Below, piece after piece: positions 50,950 through 61,720 of a stretch of 64,000 nt of DNA. The DNA comes from Methanomicrobia archaeon (GTDB lineage: Archaea > Halobacteriota > Bog-38 > Methanoflorentales > Methanoflorentaceae): contig JACWML010000010.1 in assembly GCA_015661395.1 (NCBI GenBank), positions 2,499 to 66,498 on the forward strand, read 5' to 3'. The notes below the pieces were generated by a model. The model saw only the letters and a list, made by a program, of their open reading frames with translations. It was not told the DNA's origin and did not search any database. Made by a program: the position numbers and the translations under genes. Positions within the stretch are counted from its first letter, which is position 1; the number at the start of each line of letters is the position of its first letter.

Positions 50950-51000
50950 GCATATTGATGTACTAAAAAGATTTTTATAGTACATTGATGTATACCTTTT
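50950..51000. promoter_or_regulatory. candidate trp promoter and operator: an 8-bp inverted repeat (atgtacta...tagtacat) flanking a TATA-like ttttta, plus direct repeats attgatgta
   Basis: catATTGATGTACTAaaaagatttttaTAGTACATTGATGTATAC lies 25-75 bp upstream of the trpE GTG. It resembles the TGTACA-type TRP boxes described for TrpY in Methanothermobacter. Confidence 0.35.
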
Positions 51001-51025
51001 AGCATAACGTGGAGCATAATTATGG

Positions 51026-52420
51026 GTGAATGTTTTTGGCGAGGCCGACAATCTGACCGCACGAACCCCCGTTCGTGAAGTGTGCTTTCATCGAATTCCT
51101 TACGGTTCACCCGCGTCAATTTTCTTTAAACTGAGCGCAGGGCACGATTACGCGTTCCTGCTCGAATCGCGAACCGGCCTAGGAAACACTGCACAATACT
51201 CCTACGTCGGATTTGATCCGACCACGGTCGTGCGCGTCAAGGATGGCGTCACCACCGTCAATCAACGTCAGAAACACGTTCCGGACCCCTTAAAAGCTGT
51301 TCAGAACCAAATCAGCTTGAAGCGGCACGCACAGCATCGATATGGATTCCTCGGTGGGGCGGTCGGGTATCTCTCCTATGACGCTATCCGCTATTGGGAG
51401 CGCCTTCCGCAAACGGCCGTCGATGATCTTGACTTTCCTGACCTCGAAATGGGTATCTACGACGACGGGATAGTTCTCGACCACGTGCGCCGTGAGGCGT
51501 TCTACTTCCATCTCGAGGAGAACCGTTACGAACAGCTCTCTGCCCTCTTGCGCAGGCCCTGTGAGCCGGGCGACTTTGCCATTGCGCATCCGCGCCTGAA
51601 TGTCGGCAAGGCGAAGTACGCGACGATGGTGGAGAAGGCGAAAGCGTACATCGCTGCTGGCGACATTTTTCAGGCGGTCCTTTCGAAACGCTATAGCTTC
51701 GCATTTTCCGGCGATTTGGCACCCGTGTATCTCGCGCTTAGAGCGATGAACCCCTCGCCATACATGTTCTACCTTAAGATGCAAGACCGCGCTATTATAG
51801 GGACAAGTCCTGAAACCCTCGTGAAACTCACCGATGACAAGATCGAGAGCTTTCCCATAGCCGGCAGTCGCCCGATTACAGGAGACCCTATAAAAGACGC
51901 TCAGCTGACGGACGACCTTCTTAGCGACCCGAAAGAGCTAGCGGAGCACGTTATGCTTGTCGATCTGGCGCGCAACGACGTAGGCCGAGTTGCCGAGGCC
52001 GGCAGCGTGCACGTTCCTGCGTTCATGGACGTGCAGCGGTACAGCCACGTGCAGCACATTGTCTCGCTGGTTTCCGGGAAATTACGTGATGGTGCGGACT
52101 GCTTTGACGTCTTGCGTGCGGCGTTTCCGGCGGGCACGGTGTCGGGCGCGCCTAAAGTTCGCGCTATGGAAATCATCGAAGAGCTTGAGCCGGTTCGGCG
52201 CGGACCGTACGCAGGTGCGGTCGGGTACTTTTCATGCAACGGCGATATGGATTTTGCGATTACCATACGGGCGCTGTTTGCGAAAGGGGGTACGTGTCAT
52301 CTGCAGACGGGAGGCGGCATCGTTGCCGATTCCGTTCCTGAGAACGAATGGACAGAGACGGAACTCAAAGCTCGGGCGTTAATGAAGGCGCTCGAGGACA
52401 CAGGAGGCACTTTGCGATGA
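51026..52420 (+). CDS. trpE: anthranilate synthase component I
   Basis: Chorismate-binding domain blocks (GTSPETLVKL, LVDLARNDVGRV, GAVGYFSCNGDMDFAITIR). GTG start. Confidence 0.9.
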   Translation: MNVFGEADNLTARTPVREVCFHRIPYGSPASIFFKLSAGHDYAFLLESRTGLGNTAQYSYVGFDPTTVVRVKDGVTTVNQRQKHVPDPLKAVQNQISLKRHAQHRYGFLGGAVGYLSYDAIRYWERLPQTAVDDLDFPDLEMGIYDDGIVLDHVRREAFYFHLEENRYEQLSALLRRPCEPGDFAIAHPRLNVGKAKYATMVEKAKAYIAAGDIFQAVLSKRYSFAFSGDLAPVYLALRAMNPSPYMFYLKMQDRAIIGTSPETLVKLTDDKIESFPIAGSRPITGDPIKDAQLTDDLLSDPKELAEHVMLVDLARNDVGRVAEAGSVHVPAFMDVQRYSHVQHIVSLVSGKLRDGADCFDVLRAAFPAGTVSGAPKVRAMEIIEELEPVRRGPYAGAVGYFSCNGDMDFAITIRALFAKGGTCHLQTGGGIVADSVPENEWTETELKARALMKALEDTGGTLR

Positions 52421-53004
52421 AGGTTCTTGTTATTGACAATTATGACTCATTTGTGTACAACCTCGTTCAACATGTAGGCGAATTAGGCGGAACACCGCTC
52501 GTGTACCGAAACGACCAGTTGACCCTCGAGGAGGCAACGGCACTTGATCCGGATCGGATAATCCTTTCGCCAGGTCCGGGCACACCGACAGAGGAGCGCT
52601 TCTTCGGCGTGTGTTCTTCTATCCTTGAGCATCTGAGCCCGACGACGTCGACTCTCGGGGTGTGCCTCGGCCATCAAGGAATCGTCGCAGCCTTTGGCGG
52701 TCACATCACAGCTGCGCAGCACGTGATGCACGGCAAGGCAAGCCACATCCGGCACTGCGGTTCAGGGCTCTACGATGGTATTGAGAATCCTTTCTTCGCC
52801 ACCCGCTACCACTCCCTCGTCGCGGACCGCGCATCGCTCCCGCCGTGCCTCGAGGTAACGGCCGAAGCGTGTGACGACGGGGAGATCATGGGCGTCCGCC
52901 ACGACACGTACCCGATAGAAGGTGTGCAGTTCCACCCCGAATCTATCTTGACCGCATCCGGCAAACGCGTCATCACCAATTTTCTCAAGGGGGGGCGAGC
53001 GTGA
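52417..53004 (+). CDS. trpG: anthranilate synthase component II (glutamine amidotransferase)
   Basis: MKVLVIDNYDSFVYNL, catalytic GVCLGHQ, and the His/Glu dyad region. Start overlaps the trpE stop (ATGA). Confidence 0.9.
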   Translation: MKVLVIDNYDSFVYNLVQHVGELGGTPLVYRNDQLTLEEATALDPDRIILSPGPGTPTEERFFGVCSSILEHLSPTTSTLGVCLGHQGIVAAFGGHITAAQHVMHGKASHIRHCGSGLYDGIENPFFATRYHSLVADRASLPPCLEVTAEACDDGEIMGVRHDTYPIEGVQFHPESILTASGKRVITNFLKGGRA

Positions 53005-54062
53005 TCAGGGACAGCATAGCGAAGGTCGTGAGCGGAGCGAACTTGACGCCTCGAGAAGCGCGCGCCGCCATGCTAGAACTGCTGTTAGGCGCGGCGACAG
53101 AGGCACAGATCGGCGCGTTCCTCACCGCTCTTTCGATGAAAAGGGAAACGGTAGAGGAGCTCGCTGCCTTTGCGTTGGTTATGAAGGAGTTCTGTCACAT
53201 CATCCGTCCGAACGTCAAGGGGCGGATGGTCGACACGTGCGGCACAGGAGGCGACGGCATAAAAACCTTCAACGTCAGCACCGTCGCGGCATTGGTCGCC
53301 GCCGGTGCGGGAGTCACCATTGCAAAGCACGGAAATCGCTCCGTTACGAGCAACAGTGGCAGTGCGGATGTGCTGGAACAGCTCGGACTGAACCTGTCCC
53401 AAGGGCCAGCCGAGGTCCAAAAGGCAATCGAGTCAATCGGCATCGGGTTCATGTTCGCCCCTCAGTTCCATCCGGCAATGCGCGCCGTGCTTAAGACGCG
53501 ACAAGAGATCGGCGTGCGGACGGTTTTTAATCTTCTCGGGCCACTCGTGAATCCGGCGAACGCCCAGGCGCACCTTCTCGGCGTCGCTGAGCGGGCGTGG
53601 GTGATGCCACTCGCCATGACGTTGATGACTCTCGGGTGCGAGGATGCCATGGTTGTCTACGGGATCGGCGGACTTGATGAGATCTCGCTCTTTGGAAAGA
53701 CGGTCGTGGCACGCGTGACGGGCACGAGCCTTACCCAACACGAGCTGAGTCCAAAAGACTTTGCCCTTGAGTCGGTCAAACCGAGCCAACTTCTCGTGAC
53801 TGACCCGCGACAGAGCGCTCGTCTAGCGATCACATTGCTCAATTCGAATCCCCGCGTTCAAGAACCAAGAATGGGGGTCACGCTCGCCAACGCGGCGGCT
53901 GCGATCCTCGTTGGCGGTCTAGGCGATGACCTCGAGTATTGTGTCGAACTGGCAGCTGAATCGATCGCAAGCGGTGCAGCCTATGGAAAACTCAGAGCGC
54001 TCGTAGAGCTCTCCGGCGGGAACGTTTCAGTGCTCGACGAGTTGGAGAGGTCGCATGCCTGA
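53001..54062 (+). CDS. trpD: anthranilate phosphoribosyltransferase
   Basis: DTCGTGGDG and KHGNRSVTSNSGSADVLE motifs. Confidence 0.9.
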   Translation: MIRDSIAKVVSGANLTPREARAAMLELLLGAATEAQIGAFLTALSMKRETVEELAAFALVMKEFCHIIRPNVKGRMVDTCGTGGDGIKTFNVSTVAALVAAGAGVTIAKHGNRSVTSNSGSADVLEQLGLNLSQGPAEVQKAIESIGIGFMFAPQFHPAMRAVLKTRQEIGVRTVFNLLGPLVNPANAQAHLLGVAERAWVMPLAMTLMTLGCEDAMVVYGIGGLDEISLFGKTVVARVTGTSLTQHELSPKDFALESVKPSQLLVTDPRQSARLAITLLNSNPRVQEPRMGVTLANAAAAILVGGLGDDLEYCVELAAESIASGAAYGKLRALVELSGGNVSVLDELERSHA

Positions 54063-54843
54063 TTTCTTTGATATCCTCTGTCGCACCGCCCACAAAACCG
54101 TCGCGGGAGGGTATTACTCCGGGTTCGCGGAGCGCGACAAGCCGGTTGATACCCGCCCCACGCTTCGTTTGAGTGAGTGTATACGCAGGTGCGCGTGTCT
54201 TCCGCTCATTGCCGAGGTTAAGCTGGCGTCCCCGACGATGGGAGCGGTCCACGTGGACGCGGGCGCAATTGCGAGGCACATGCAAGCAGGAGGTGCTGTC
54301 GGAATTTCCGTAGTGACCGAACCCCGTTTCTTCAAGGGGTTCTCTCATATGCTGGGCACCGTCCGAAGCTGCGTCTCGGTCCCCCTCGTTATGAAAGACT
54401 TCGTCGTCAGTGCCTGCCAGATCGAAGCCGCGCGAGACGCCGGCGCGAGTGCTATCCTGCTGATACAGGCGCTGTTTGACCGAGGCTACGCCACACGCGG
54501 AGCTGAGGACATGATTGCGTTCGCGCACGCGATCGGACTTGAAGTGCTCTTGGAGGCACATACCGATTCTGAATTTAAGCGGGCCTTATCTACTGACGCA
54601 GACCTTGTCGGCATCAACAACCGGGATCTGAGGACGCTAACCGTCGATCTTATGACCACCAGGGATATCTTGGAAAAAGTCCCCACAGATGGGAGGGTCG
54701 TCGTGAGTGAGAGCGGCGTTGAGACCCCAGAAGAAGCCCTATTTCTCAAGCGATGTGGCGTAGACGCGTTATTGGTCGGTTCCGCCCTCATGCGGGCTGA
54801 GGACGCGCGTCGAGCGGTCAACAGGATGGTGGGTGCGGCATGA
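54055..54843 (+). CDS. trpC: indole-3-glycerol phosphate synthase
   Basis: IGPS TIM-barrel blocks (IAEVKLASP, ISVVTEPRFFKGF, VGINNRDL). Confidence 0.9.
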   Translation: MPDFFDILCRTAHKTVAGGYYSGFAERDKPVDTRPTLRLSECIRRCACLPLIAEVKLASPTMGAVHVDAGAIARHMQAGGAVGISVVTEPRFFKGFSHMLGTVRSCVSVPLVMKDFVVSACQIEAARDAGASAILLIQALFDRGYATRGAEDMIAFAHAIGLEVLLEAHTDSEFKRALSTDADLVGINNRDLRTLTVDLMTTRDILEKVPTDGRVVVSESGVETPEEALFLKRCGVDALLVGSALMRAEDARRAVNRMVGAA

Positions 54844-55487
54844 GGCGAGTGCGTGTCAAGGTCTGTGGCATAACGAACATGGAAGACCTCGAAGTAGCCG
54901 TCGATGCGGGCGCGGATGCGCTCGGCTTCGTCGTGGATGTGCCTGAGTCACCTAGAAGCATATCGCTGGATCGCGCACGGGACCTCGTCGAAGCGACGCC
55001 GCCCTTCGTCCAGGGCGTTCTCGTTTCGGTGTTTGACACCATCGATCAGCTCGAGACGCTGTGCTCGTGTCTTGCCCCCGATGTGGTGCAGGTGGCAGGC
55101 ACGCTGCCTCGCGATGCCATTGGTGAGCAGCTTCGCGGCATTCGGGTAATCCAGGCCGTGGCGGTGAATGATCGGGCGGCGGACGTCGCCCTCCCCTCTG
55201 CGCACTGCGATGCGGTTCTCACCGACTCGCGCGTTCCCGGCGCACATGGGGGCACGGGGAAACCGCATAACTGGAACGTTAGCCGGGCAATCAGGGAACT
55301 GATCGCGCCTACCCCCCTTATATTGGCGGGAGGCTTAACGCCAGGCAACGTTCGGGCAGCCATCGAAAATGTGCGCCCGTATGCGGTTGACGTTTCAAGC
55401 GGAGTTGAGATCCGCGCAGGTATCAAGGATCCCGCGAAGATTCGCGCGTTTATCGAAGCAGTGACGGAGGCATCTGATGGACTATAG
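54840..55487 (+). CDS. trpF: phosphoribosylanthranilate isomerase
   Basis: VKVCGIT N-terminus and the PRAI fold. Position in the operon. Confidence 0.85.
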   Translation: MRRVRVKVCGITNMEDLEVAVDAGADALGFVVDVPESPRSISLDRARDLVEATPPFVQGVLVSVFDTIDQLETLCSCLAPDVVQVAGTLPRDAIGEQLRGIRVIQAVAVNDRAADVALPSAHCDAVLTDSRVPGAHGGTGKPHNWNVSRAIRELIAPTPLILAGGLTPGNVRAAIENVRPYAVDVSSGVEIRAGIKDPAKIRAFIEAVTEASDGL

Positions 55488-56670
55488 CGATTATCCCGTC
55501 AACGGCAAGTACGGGCACTTTGGGGGCAGTTTCGTTCCTGAAACGTTGGTAGCGGCACTTTCAGAGCTTGCAGAGGCCTATGCGCGTTTTCGTGGAGATC
55601 ACGATTTTCAACAGCGGCTCAGCGGATACCTCACTACATTTGCGGGACGGCCAACCCCCCTGTACTACGCCGAAAACATCTCCGAGAAACTCGGCGGTGC
55701 CAGGATCTACCTCAAGCGTGAGGACCTTGCTCACGGCGGCGCCCATAAGATTAACAATACACTCGGTCAGGCACTGCTTGCAAAGCGCATGGGGAAAACA
55801 CGCGTTATCGCCGAAACGGGAGCAGGGCAGCACGGGGTAGCCACCGCTATCGCGTGTGCGGCGCTGGGGCTTAAATCTGAAGTTTACATGGGGACTGAAG
55901 ATATGGAGCGTCAGAAGCTCAACGTGTTCCGGATGGAGCTGCTCAACGCAGTGGTGCGCCCGGTGGAACTCGGATCCCGGACGCTCAAGGATGCGATCAA
56001 CGAAGCCCTGCGCGATTGGACAGCCAACGTGCTTACGACGCACTACCTGATCGGTTCCGTTGTCGGGCCCCACCCCTATCCGATGATCGTTAGGGACTTC
56101 CAAAGCGTTATCGGGTACGAAATACGCGAGCAAATGACGCGACAGGTCGGGCGCCTCCCGGATGCGCTCGTCGCGTGCGTTGGAGGCGGCAGCAACGCGA
56201 TCGGCACGTTCCATCCGTTCCTCGACGAGGATGTGGCGATGCACGGGGTTGAGGCTGGAGGAGAGGGGCTCGCGACGGCACGGCACGGGGCGTCGTTGTG
56301 CGCAGGGTCAGAGGGGGTGTTCCACGGCATGTTGACGTACCTGCTTCAAGACGCTGACGGGCAGGTTCAGCCGACGCACAGCATTTCAGCCGGCCTCGAC
56401 TATCCCGGCGTTGGCCCCGAGCACGCGTTTTTGAAACACGAGAACCGAGTCATCTTTAGCGCCGTGAGCGACACGCAGGCGCTTGAGGCCTTCCTCGAAT
56501 TGTCAAGGACTGAGGGCATCCTGCCTGCTTTGGAGTCGGCACACGCCGTTGCTCACGCCATGAGGCTCGCGCCTACGCTAGATACGGACGATGTCCTCGT
56601 GGTTACGCTTTCAGGCAGAGGCGACAAGGACGTTGACGTGGTAGCGCGCTACGTGGGGGCAGACCTATGA
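55477..56670 (+). CDS. trpB: tryptophan synthase beta chain
   Basis: PLP-Lys block [13 protein letters not shown], then GGGSNAIG and the rest of the TrpB fold. Confidence 0.95.
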   Translation: MDYSDYPVNGKYGHFGGSFVPETLVAALSELAEAYARFRGDHDFQQRLSGYLTTFAGRPTPLYYAENISEKLGGARIYLKREDLAHGGAHKINNTLGQALLAKRMGKTRVIAETGAGQHGVATAIACAALGLKSEVYMGTEDMERQKLNVFRMELLNAVVRPVELGSRTLKDAINEALRDWTANVLTTHYLIGSVVGPHPYPMIVRDFQSVIGYEIREQMTRQVGRLPDALVACVGGGSNAIGTFHPFLDEDVAMHGVEAGGEGLATARHGASLCAGSEGVFHGMLTYLLQDADGQVQPTHSISAGLDYPGVGPEHAFLKHENRVIFSAVSDTQALEAFLELSRTEGILPALESAHAVAHAMRLAPTLDTDDVLVVTLSGRGDKDVDVVARYVGADL

Positions 56671-57479
56671 GCGCCATCGCCGCGACGTTTCGCGACTTGA
56701 GACAAAAGAGTGAGGGTGGCCTGATCGTGTACGTGATGGCAGGCGATCCTACACCAAAGCACACCTTGAAAATCGTCGATGCGTTGGTCGCAGGCGGGGC
56801 CGACATCGTTGAGCTCGGAATCCCGTTCTCCGATCCGATCGCCGATGGTCCAACGCTGCAACGCGCAGCTGGGCGGGCGCTGGAAGCAGGAACAACCCCA
56901 AGGAAGGTTTTTGACCTTGCCCGCGCGATATCGAGGGCGCACGAGGTGCCGGTGGTGGTTATGACGTACTACAACATCGTGCACCAGATGGGCGTTGAAG
57001 CGTTCTGCACAGCGGCTCAACAAAGCGGCGTGAATGGCGTCATCGCCCCGGATCTTCCTGTTGAAGAAGCGTCGCAGTATAGGGAGGCGGCGATGCGACA
57101 TGGCATTGACACCATCTTTCTCGCTGCCCCATCGACCTCAGCGGCGCGATTGGAAAAGCTCGTGACAGCCTCGTCAGGTTTCGTGTACCTCGTTTCAGCG
57201 AACGGAATCACCGGCGCGCGGAAGATCTTGCAGGACAAGAGCATCGCGAGTATACAACGAACCGCGTCACTCATTCGAGGGAGAGCCCCATTAGCGGTCG
57301 GATTCGGCCTTTCGTTGCCTTCGCACGTCAGGCAGGTGATCGACAACGGAGCGAGCGCGGCCATAGTGGGGAGCAGATTCGTGCAGATTGTCGAGCAGAA
57401 CCTGGACGACGGACACACGATGCTGAGAGGGCTGCGTGAGTGTGCGCACACGCTAAAGGGTGGCACTTTGCTCAGCTGA
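56667..57479 (+). CDS. trpA: tryptophan synthase alpha chain
   Basis: [18 protein letters not shown] and GFGLS blocks. Confidence 0.9.
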   Translation: MSAIAATFRDLRQKSEGGLIVYVMAGDPTPKHTLKIVDALVAGGADIVELGIPFSDPIADGPTLQRAAGRALEAGTTPRKVFDLARAISRAHEVPVVVMTYYNIVHQMGVEAFCTAAQQSGVNGVIAPDLPVEEASQYREAAMRHGIDTIFLAAPSTSAARLEKLVTASSGFVYLVSANGITGARKILQDKSIASIQRTASLIRGRAPLAVGFGLSLPSHVRQVIDNGASAAIVGSRFVQIVEQNLDDGHTMLRGLRECAHTLKGGTLLS

Positions 57480-57640
57480 GCGACGGATTGAAGCATTAGG
57501 GTGCACCTACGCCCCACCGGATACATGTCTCTCGGGTTTTTCGGCCTACTCGCAAAAAAAGGAAGGAGGGGTTGATACCCCTTAGCATCCGCTGGGCGCG
57601 ACCCGACACAAACTGCAGCTCCCACCGACGAGACGCGGGT

Positions 57641-58300
57641 TCACTCCTCAAGGGGCGTAACGTAGCAGGATGCCAGCTTGCTGCTAATGAGCTTCTGTTC
57701 GTGAAAAAGCCGCGCGGTGAGGTGGTACATGCCCTCTTCGCTCGCGTAGAGCTCGCTTACGAATCGCTTCGTGCCGCCTTCTGCGATAAAGTCGATATCG
57801 ATCACGTCCATGAGCGTGTGGGATTTCGACGGGGGAGTTGCGGCGATCTCAAGCCGTAGATTCTGCACGTCGCGGTGGGCGTGCACGACCGTTTCCGTCT
57901 CGATTGTTTCTTCATAGGCCCAGTAGGGCCGATTCACGAAGAAGGTCTGAATCTCGGCGGGATCTTCAATGAGTCGAACCTCGTAATAGGGAGAGTACCA
58001 GTTCACGAAAGCACCGTCGCGGTTCGCCGTGACGTGCAGATAGACCCATCCGGTGTGGTTCGCAAAGACGTGGAAGTTGAGCGCTGCCATGTCGTGAGGG
58101 CGCAACTCTTGCACGAAATGAAAAGAGCCGCTTGTCAAAACGTCGAGATCGTGCGAGTTATAGGTATACAGCGTCGCGCTCACGTCGACGAGGCGTTCCG
58201 TCGATACGTTCCTCAGCCGGACAGTGATCCAGTGGCGCCCCCGTTCGAGCACCTCGGGCGTAACGGTTGCCTCGAAGGGATGCTTGAGTCGTTCTTCCAT
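57641..58300 (-). CDS. hypothetical beta-rich protein co-oriented immediately downstream of hsp20
   Basis: 219 aa, aromatic/His-rich. Starts 12 nt after the hsp20 stop. No motif recognised. Confidence 0.55.
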   Translation of the reverse strand: MEERLKHPFEATVTPEVLERGRHWITVRLRNVSTERLVDVSATLYTYNSHDLDVLTSGSFHFVQELRPHDMAALNFHVFANHTGWVYLHVTANRDGAFVNWYSPYYEVRLIEDPAEIQTFFVNRPYWAYEETIETETVVHAHRDVQNLRLEIAATPPSKSHTLMDVIDIDFIAEGGTKRFVSELYASEEGMYHLTARLFHEQKLISSKLASCYVTPLEE

Positions 58301-58311
58301 GGCGCATCGAC

Positions 58312-58794
58312 CTACTTAACGTTCACTCGCGTTTTCTTTTTCGCCTCAGTGGGCTCCTTCTTCGGGATCGTCACCTCGAGTACGCCGCTCTTGAACGTTG
58401 CCGCTGCTTTATCTGGAAGAACGTCGGCGTGGAGGTTGAGCGTCCGGCGGTACGATGCGAAGCCGCGCTCGCGGTAGGCGTAATCCTCATCCTTGCGTTC
58501 CGTTTCGGTGCTCGATTCAGCGCTGATCTCGATTCGTTCGGGCGTAAGGTTGATCTCGATATCCTCCTTCTTCACTCCGGGCAGGTCTGCGACCACCTGG
58601 ATGGCGTCGCCAAGGTCAAGGACGTCAACGCGTGGCCGTTTCAAAGCGGGCACCTGCGAGGGCCATAGGCGCTCGAGGCCGTCCTCCACGTTGACGCGGA
58701 ACGTGTCGAACACGCGGCGCATCTCGGCGAAGGGGTCACTCATCCAGTAGTCCTTCGGCGTGATTCGCTTCTCTTCTTTCTTTTCGTCGGTCAT
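58312..58794 (-). CDS. Hsp20/alpha-crystallin family small heat-shock protein
   Basis: Alpha-crystallin domain blocks (VADLPGVKKEDIEINL, GVLEVTIPKK). Confidence 0.85.
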   Translation of the reverse strand: MTDEKKEEKRITPKDYWMSDPFAEMRRVFDTFRVNVEDGLERLWPSQVPALKRPRVDVLDLGDAIQVVADLPGVKKEDIEINLTPERIEISAESSTETERKDEDYAYRERGFASYRRTLNLHADVLPDKAAATFKSGVLEVTIPKKEPTEAKKKTRVNVK

Positions 58795-59594
58795 AGTATC
58801 ATCAAATTACGTAGCGCACGAGGATAAAGCATACGCAAGGAAAAAACAGATCACGAAGGAGAAACACGCTCCGCAAAACCAACACAGTACTTTTGCATAT
58901 GCAATAAGTAGGTTTTTGGGCAACTCGTAGGGAGGCATAGGGGGTTTTTCTGTTGCACGTCAACATTAACTCCAGCAATCGGGGCGGCTGTCGTAATCGC
59001 TACATTCTTTTTAGCTGCTATGGGGGTTGTCTCCTCGCGAATGGAGCCGTTAACAACGTCTCTAATATCAACACAACGACAAGGGATAGCAGAAAGATCC
59101 CTAAGTTTTGCACGATGCTAAAACCGCTGGCATATTCAGAACAGATACGGAGCATATTTTATTTGTGTAAGGAGTAAAAGTGGCTAGCAAATGCTTGCCT
59201 ATAAGTTGTAGAGGTCAAATGATGAGTGTGGGCGCAAGACCGAGGGACTATCAGGATTATCACAGACCACTCGCGACCTACTCAGAAAAAGAACGAAACC
59301 GGATTTTAGAAAGCAAAGCACAACAGAGGGCGAGAGCCCAACTGCATAAGAAGCTTAGGGGTGCGGTTCCTGGCGTTTTTAACGTGATGCAAGAAACCCC
59401 CTATTAAGCTTACTTGTTTTGAGAAGAGAGACAATGAGGAGCCCCCTGCGTGACACCCCAAGTTAATTAACGGCCAAAATGCGATCTGATCAACAAAAGC
59501 ACTTCATAAAATGCACAACTGCGTTACCTCAACAGACACTATGCGATTTAGTTTTAGTGCAAAAAAAGGAGGAAAAAGGCAGTCTATTTTTGGT

Positions 59595-59981
59595 TTAACC
59601 TACGATCTGCGTTATTTCTTTGACGATGCCGTTCTCTACGTGTTCAGTCCACAGCATTTCGGGCACGTCAACAGCAAGAAACAGCCAAGTAACCAACAAG
59701 GTTTCGACTGCTGCCACTGCCAGGTTCTGGATCAACTTGCCTATGCCTATGTGGATTGAAAAATCATTCGGCTCACCCGTTATGAGTATGCTGAACGCCC
59801 TGTCCGCAGTGATGATATCCCGCAAAATCCCAGCCTTTGTCGCCTGTACGACTATTCCCAAAGGCGCAGTGGATGACTGTGTCTTGTAGCCTTCAGTTGA
59901 AAGTTGCTGAACAATCTGCTGCGATAATTGATTTAGGTCCTTGTTTTTTCCTTGAAAATGCAGTATTTTTTCAGATACCAT
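59595..59981 (-). CDS. hypothetical protein (128 aa) in the low-GC island
   Basis: ORF with coding-like composition (MVSEKILHFQGKNKDLNQLSQQIVQQL...). No motif recognised. Confidence 0.35.
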   Translation of the reverse strand: MVSEKILHFQGKNKDLNQLSQQIVQQLSTEGYKTQSSTAPLGIVVQATKAGILRDIITADRAFSILITGEPNDFSIHIGIGKLIQNLAVAAVETLLVTWLFLAVDVPEMLWTEHVENGIVKEITQIVG

Positions 59982-60147
59982 TTTAAAAACCTACACGTCA
60001 GTTGAGTGAGCGACTAGTTAATAGTTGTTCATAATGCTGCCGTTCTTTTTGTCGTTTCCTCGGACCACATATAAACCAATTAGATCAGGACCCCTCGTGC
60101 AATGGTTATATAGTTAGAACATCTAATTATTAGAAGATGCAATTATT

Positions 60148-60600
60148 ATGACCGCAGATCTAGAAGAATCCGCCCGTAAGCTGCTTGAAGTAGTTCCAAT
60201 TATCATGCAAGACATACGATCTGAGATGCGTCGTCGACGGTTACTAGACTTGACCGTCCCTCAGTTCCGCGTCTTGGCTTTTGTGAACCGCAATGAAGGC
60301 TCTTCACTCTGGGAGGTGGCATCTCACGTGGGGCTAACCCCCCCTTCCACGTCTCGGCTTGTGGACGGTCTCATCGCGCGCGGTTTGATGGCACGGAACG
60401 ACCATCCGGCTGATAGACGACGTGTACGGCTAACCGTCACGGGTCACGGACTGGCGATTTTGGAGGCATCTACCCAAGGAACTGTGTCATATCTAGCAAA
60501 CAAACTTAGCGGTGTGGACGCTGACGATAGAGAAGCCATCGACAAAGCCGTGGAAGCGCTGCGAACTGTCTTTGCTACCAGCACAAGCGTGGTGACGTAA
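60148..60600 (+). CDS. MarR-family transcriptional regulator
   Basis: LTVPQFRVLAFVNRNEGSSLWEVASHVGLTPPSTSRLVDGLIARGLMARNDHPADRRRVRLTVT is a MarR wHTH with its wing. Confidence 0.8.
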   Translation: MTADLEESARKLLEVVPIIMQDIRSEMRRRRLLDLTVPQFRVLAFVNRNEGSSLWEVASHVGLTPPSTSRLVDGLIARGLMARNDHPADRRRVRLTVTGHGLAILEASTQGTVSYLANKLSGVDADDREAIDKAVEALRTVFATSTSVVT

Positions 60601-60604
60601 GACT

Positions 60605-61720
60605 ATGTCTATCCTCACAACAGAGGACCTCACTCGTAGGGTTGGAGAGCCGAAAGCCGTCAGTGGCCTGAGCGTACCCCCCAGAGTCACGCCCGACAAC
60701 GACAGGAGGCCCATTCTTGCAGTAAGTAACCTAAGCAAAGGGTTCGGCAAGGTTACGGCAGTGGATGCCATCAACTTCGAGGTGTTTGAGGGCGAAATCT
60801 TCGGGCTTGTCGGCTTAAACGGAGCTGGGAAGACAACAACGATGCTAATTCTGTCATCCCTTCTAAATCCTGATTCCGGCAACGCCACCTTGTGCGGTTA
60901 TGACGTCGTGAAGGAGAAGGATAGTGTGCGGCGTTCTATCGGGTTCGTTTTCGAGGAAGAGGCTGTTGACATCTACCTTACGGGCAAGCAGAACCTGGAT
61001 TTTGCGGCACGCATGTACAGTCTCCCAAAACAAGAGAGGGAGAAGAGGGTGGCTGAGGTCTTAAAGACTGTTGGACTTGAACAGCACGCGAATGCCAAAG
61101 TAAGGGATTATTCCGGGGGGATGCTGCGAAGGCTTGAGATAGCGAGAGGAATGCTTACCTCTCCTAAGGTCCTCCTCCTGGACGAGCCGACGATAGGGCT
61201 GGACGTGCAGACGCGAAGATACCTCTGGGATTACCTCCGCCGAGTGAACAAGGAGATGGGGGCAACGGTTCTTTTGGCTACGTCATATCTTGAGGAAGCT
61301 GATTATCTCTGTAACAGAATAGCAATTTTGCACGAAGGCAAGATAGTCGCGTTAAATACCCCTGAGGCGCTAAAAGGCTCAATCGGTGAGAATCTGATAA
61401 CGCTTAAGGTATCAAAGGGCTCGCAGGAAGAGTTCGCAGAACTGCTAATCGGTGAGAATCTGGTAATGCCTGAGTTATCAAAGGGCCCGCAGGAAGAGTT
61501 CGCAGAACTGCTGCGGGAGATGCCCTGGGCAAAAAGCGTTGAAAGTCACGACGGCGCTTTAGTGCTGAGCCTTATGGACAAGAGTATAGGGATACCTGAG
61601 ATCGTGCGACTGGCCAAAACACACGGATTTAGCATCTCCTCTATAAAATCAAGCACGCCAAACTTAAACGATGTTCTATTGCACTACGTGAAGAAGAGCG
61701 TAGAGGAGCACGATGGATGA
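60605..61720 (+). CDS. ABC transporter ATP-binding protein (first of two), carrying an internal 22-aa tandem duplication
   Basis: Walker A GLNGAGKTT, signature YSGGMLRR, Walker B LLLDEPTIGLD. The duplicated segment is IGENLITLKVSKGSQEEFAELL / IGENLVMPELSKGPQEEFAELL. Confidence 0.85.
   Translation: MSILTTEDLTRRVGEPKAVSGLSVPPRVTPDNDRRPILAVSNLSKGFGKVTAVDAINFEVFEGEIFGLVGLNGAGKTTTMLILSSLLNPDSGNATLCGYDVVKEKDSVRRSIGFVFEEEAVDIYLTGKQNLDFAARMYSLPKQEREKRVAEVLKTVGLEQHANAKVRDYSGGMLRRLEIARGMLTSPKVLLLDEPTIGLDVQTRRYLWDYLRRVNKEMGATVLLATSYLEEADYLCNRIAILHEGKIVALNTPEALKGSIGENLITLKVSKGSQEEFAELLIGENLVMPELSKGPQEEFAELLREMPWAKSVESHDGALVLSLMDKSIGIPEIVRLAKTHGFSISSIKSSTPNLNDVLLHYVKKSVEEHDG
61382..61513. repeat. 66-bp in-frame tandem duplication (2 copies, about 88% identical) inside the ABC ATPase gene
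   Basis: atcggtgagaatctgataacgcttaaggtatcaaagggctcgcaggaagagttcgcagaactgcta followed by atcggtgagaatctggtaatgcctgagttatcaaagggcccgcaggaagagttcgcagaactgctg. Confidence 0.8.
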
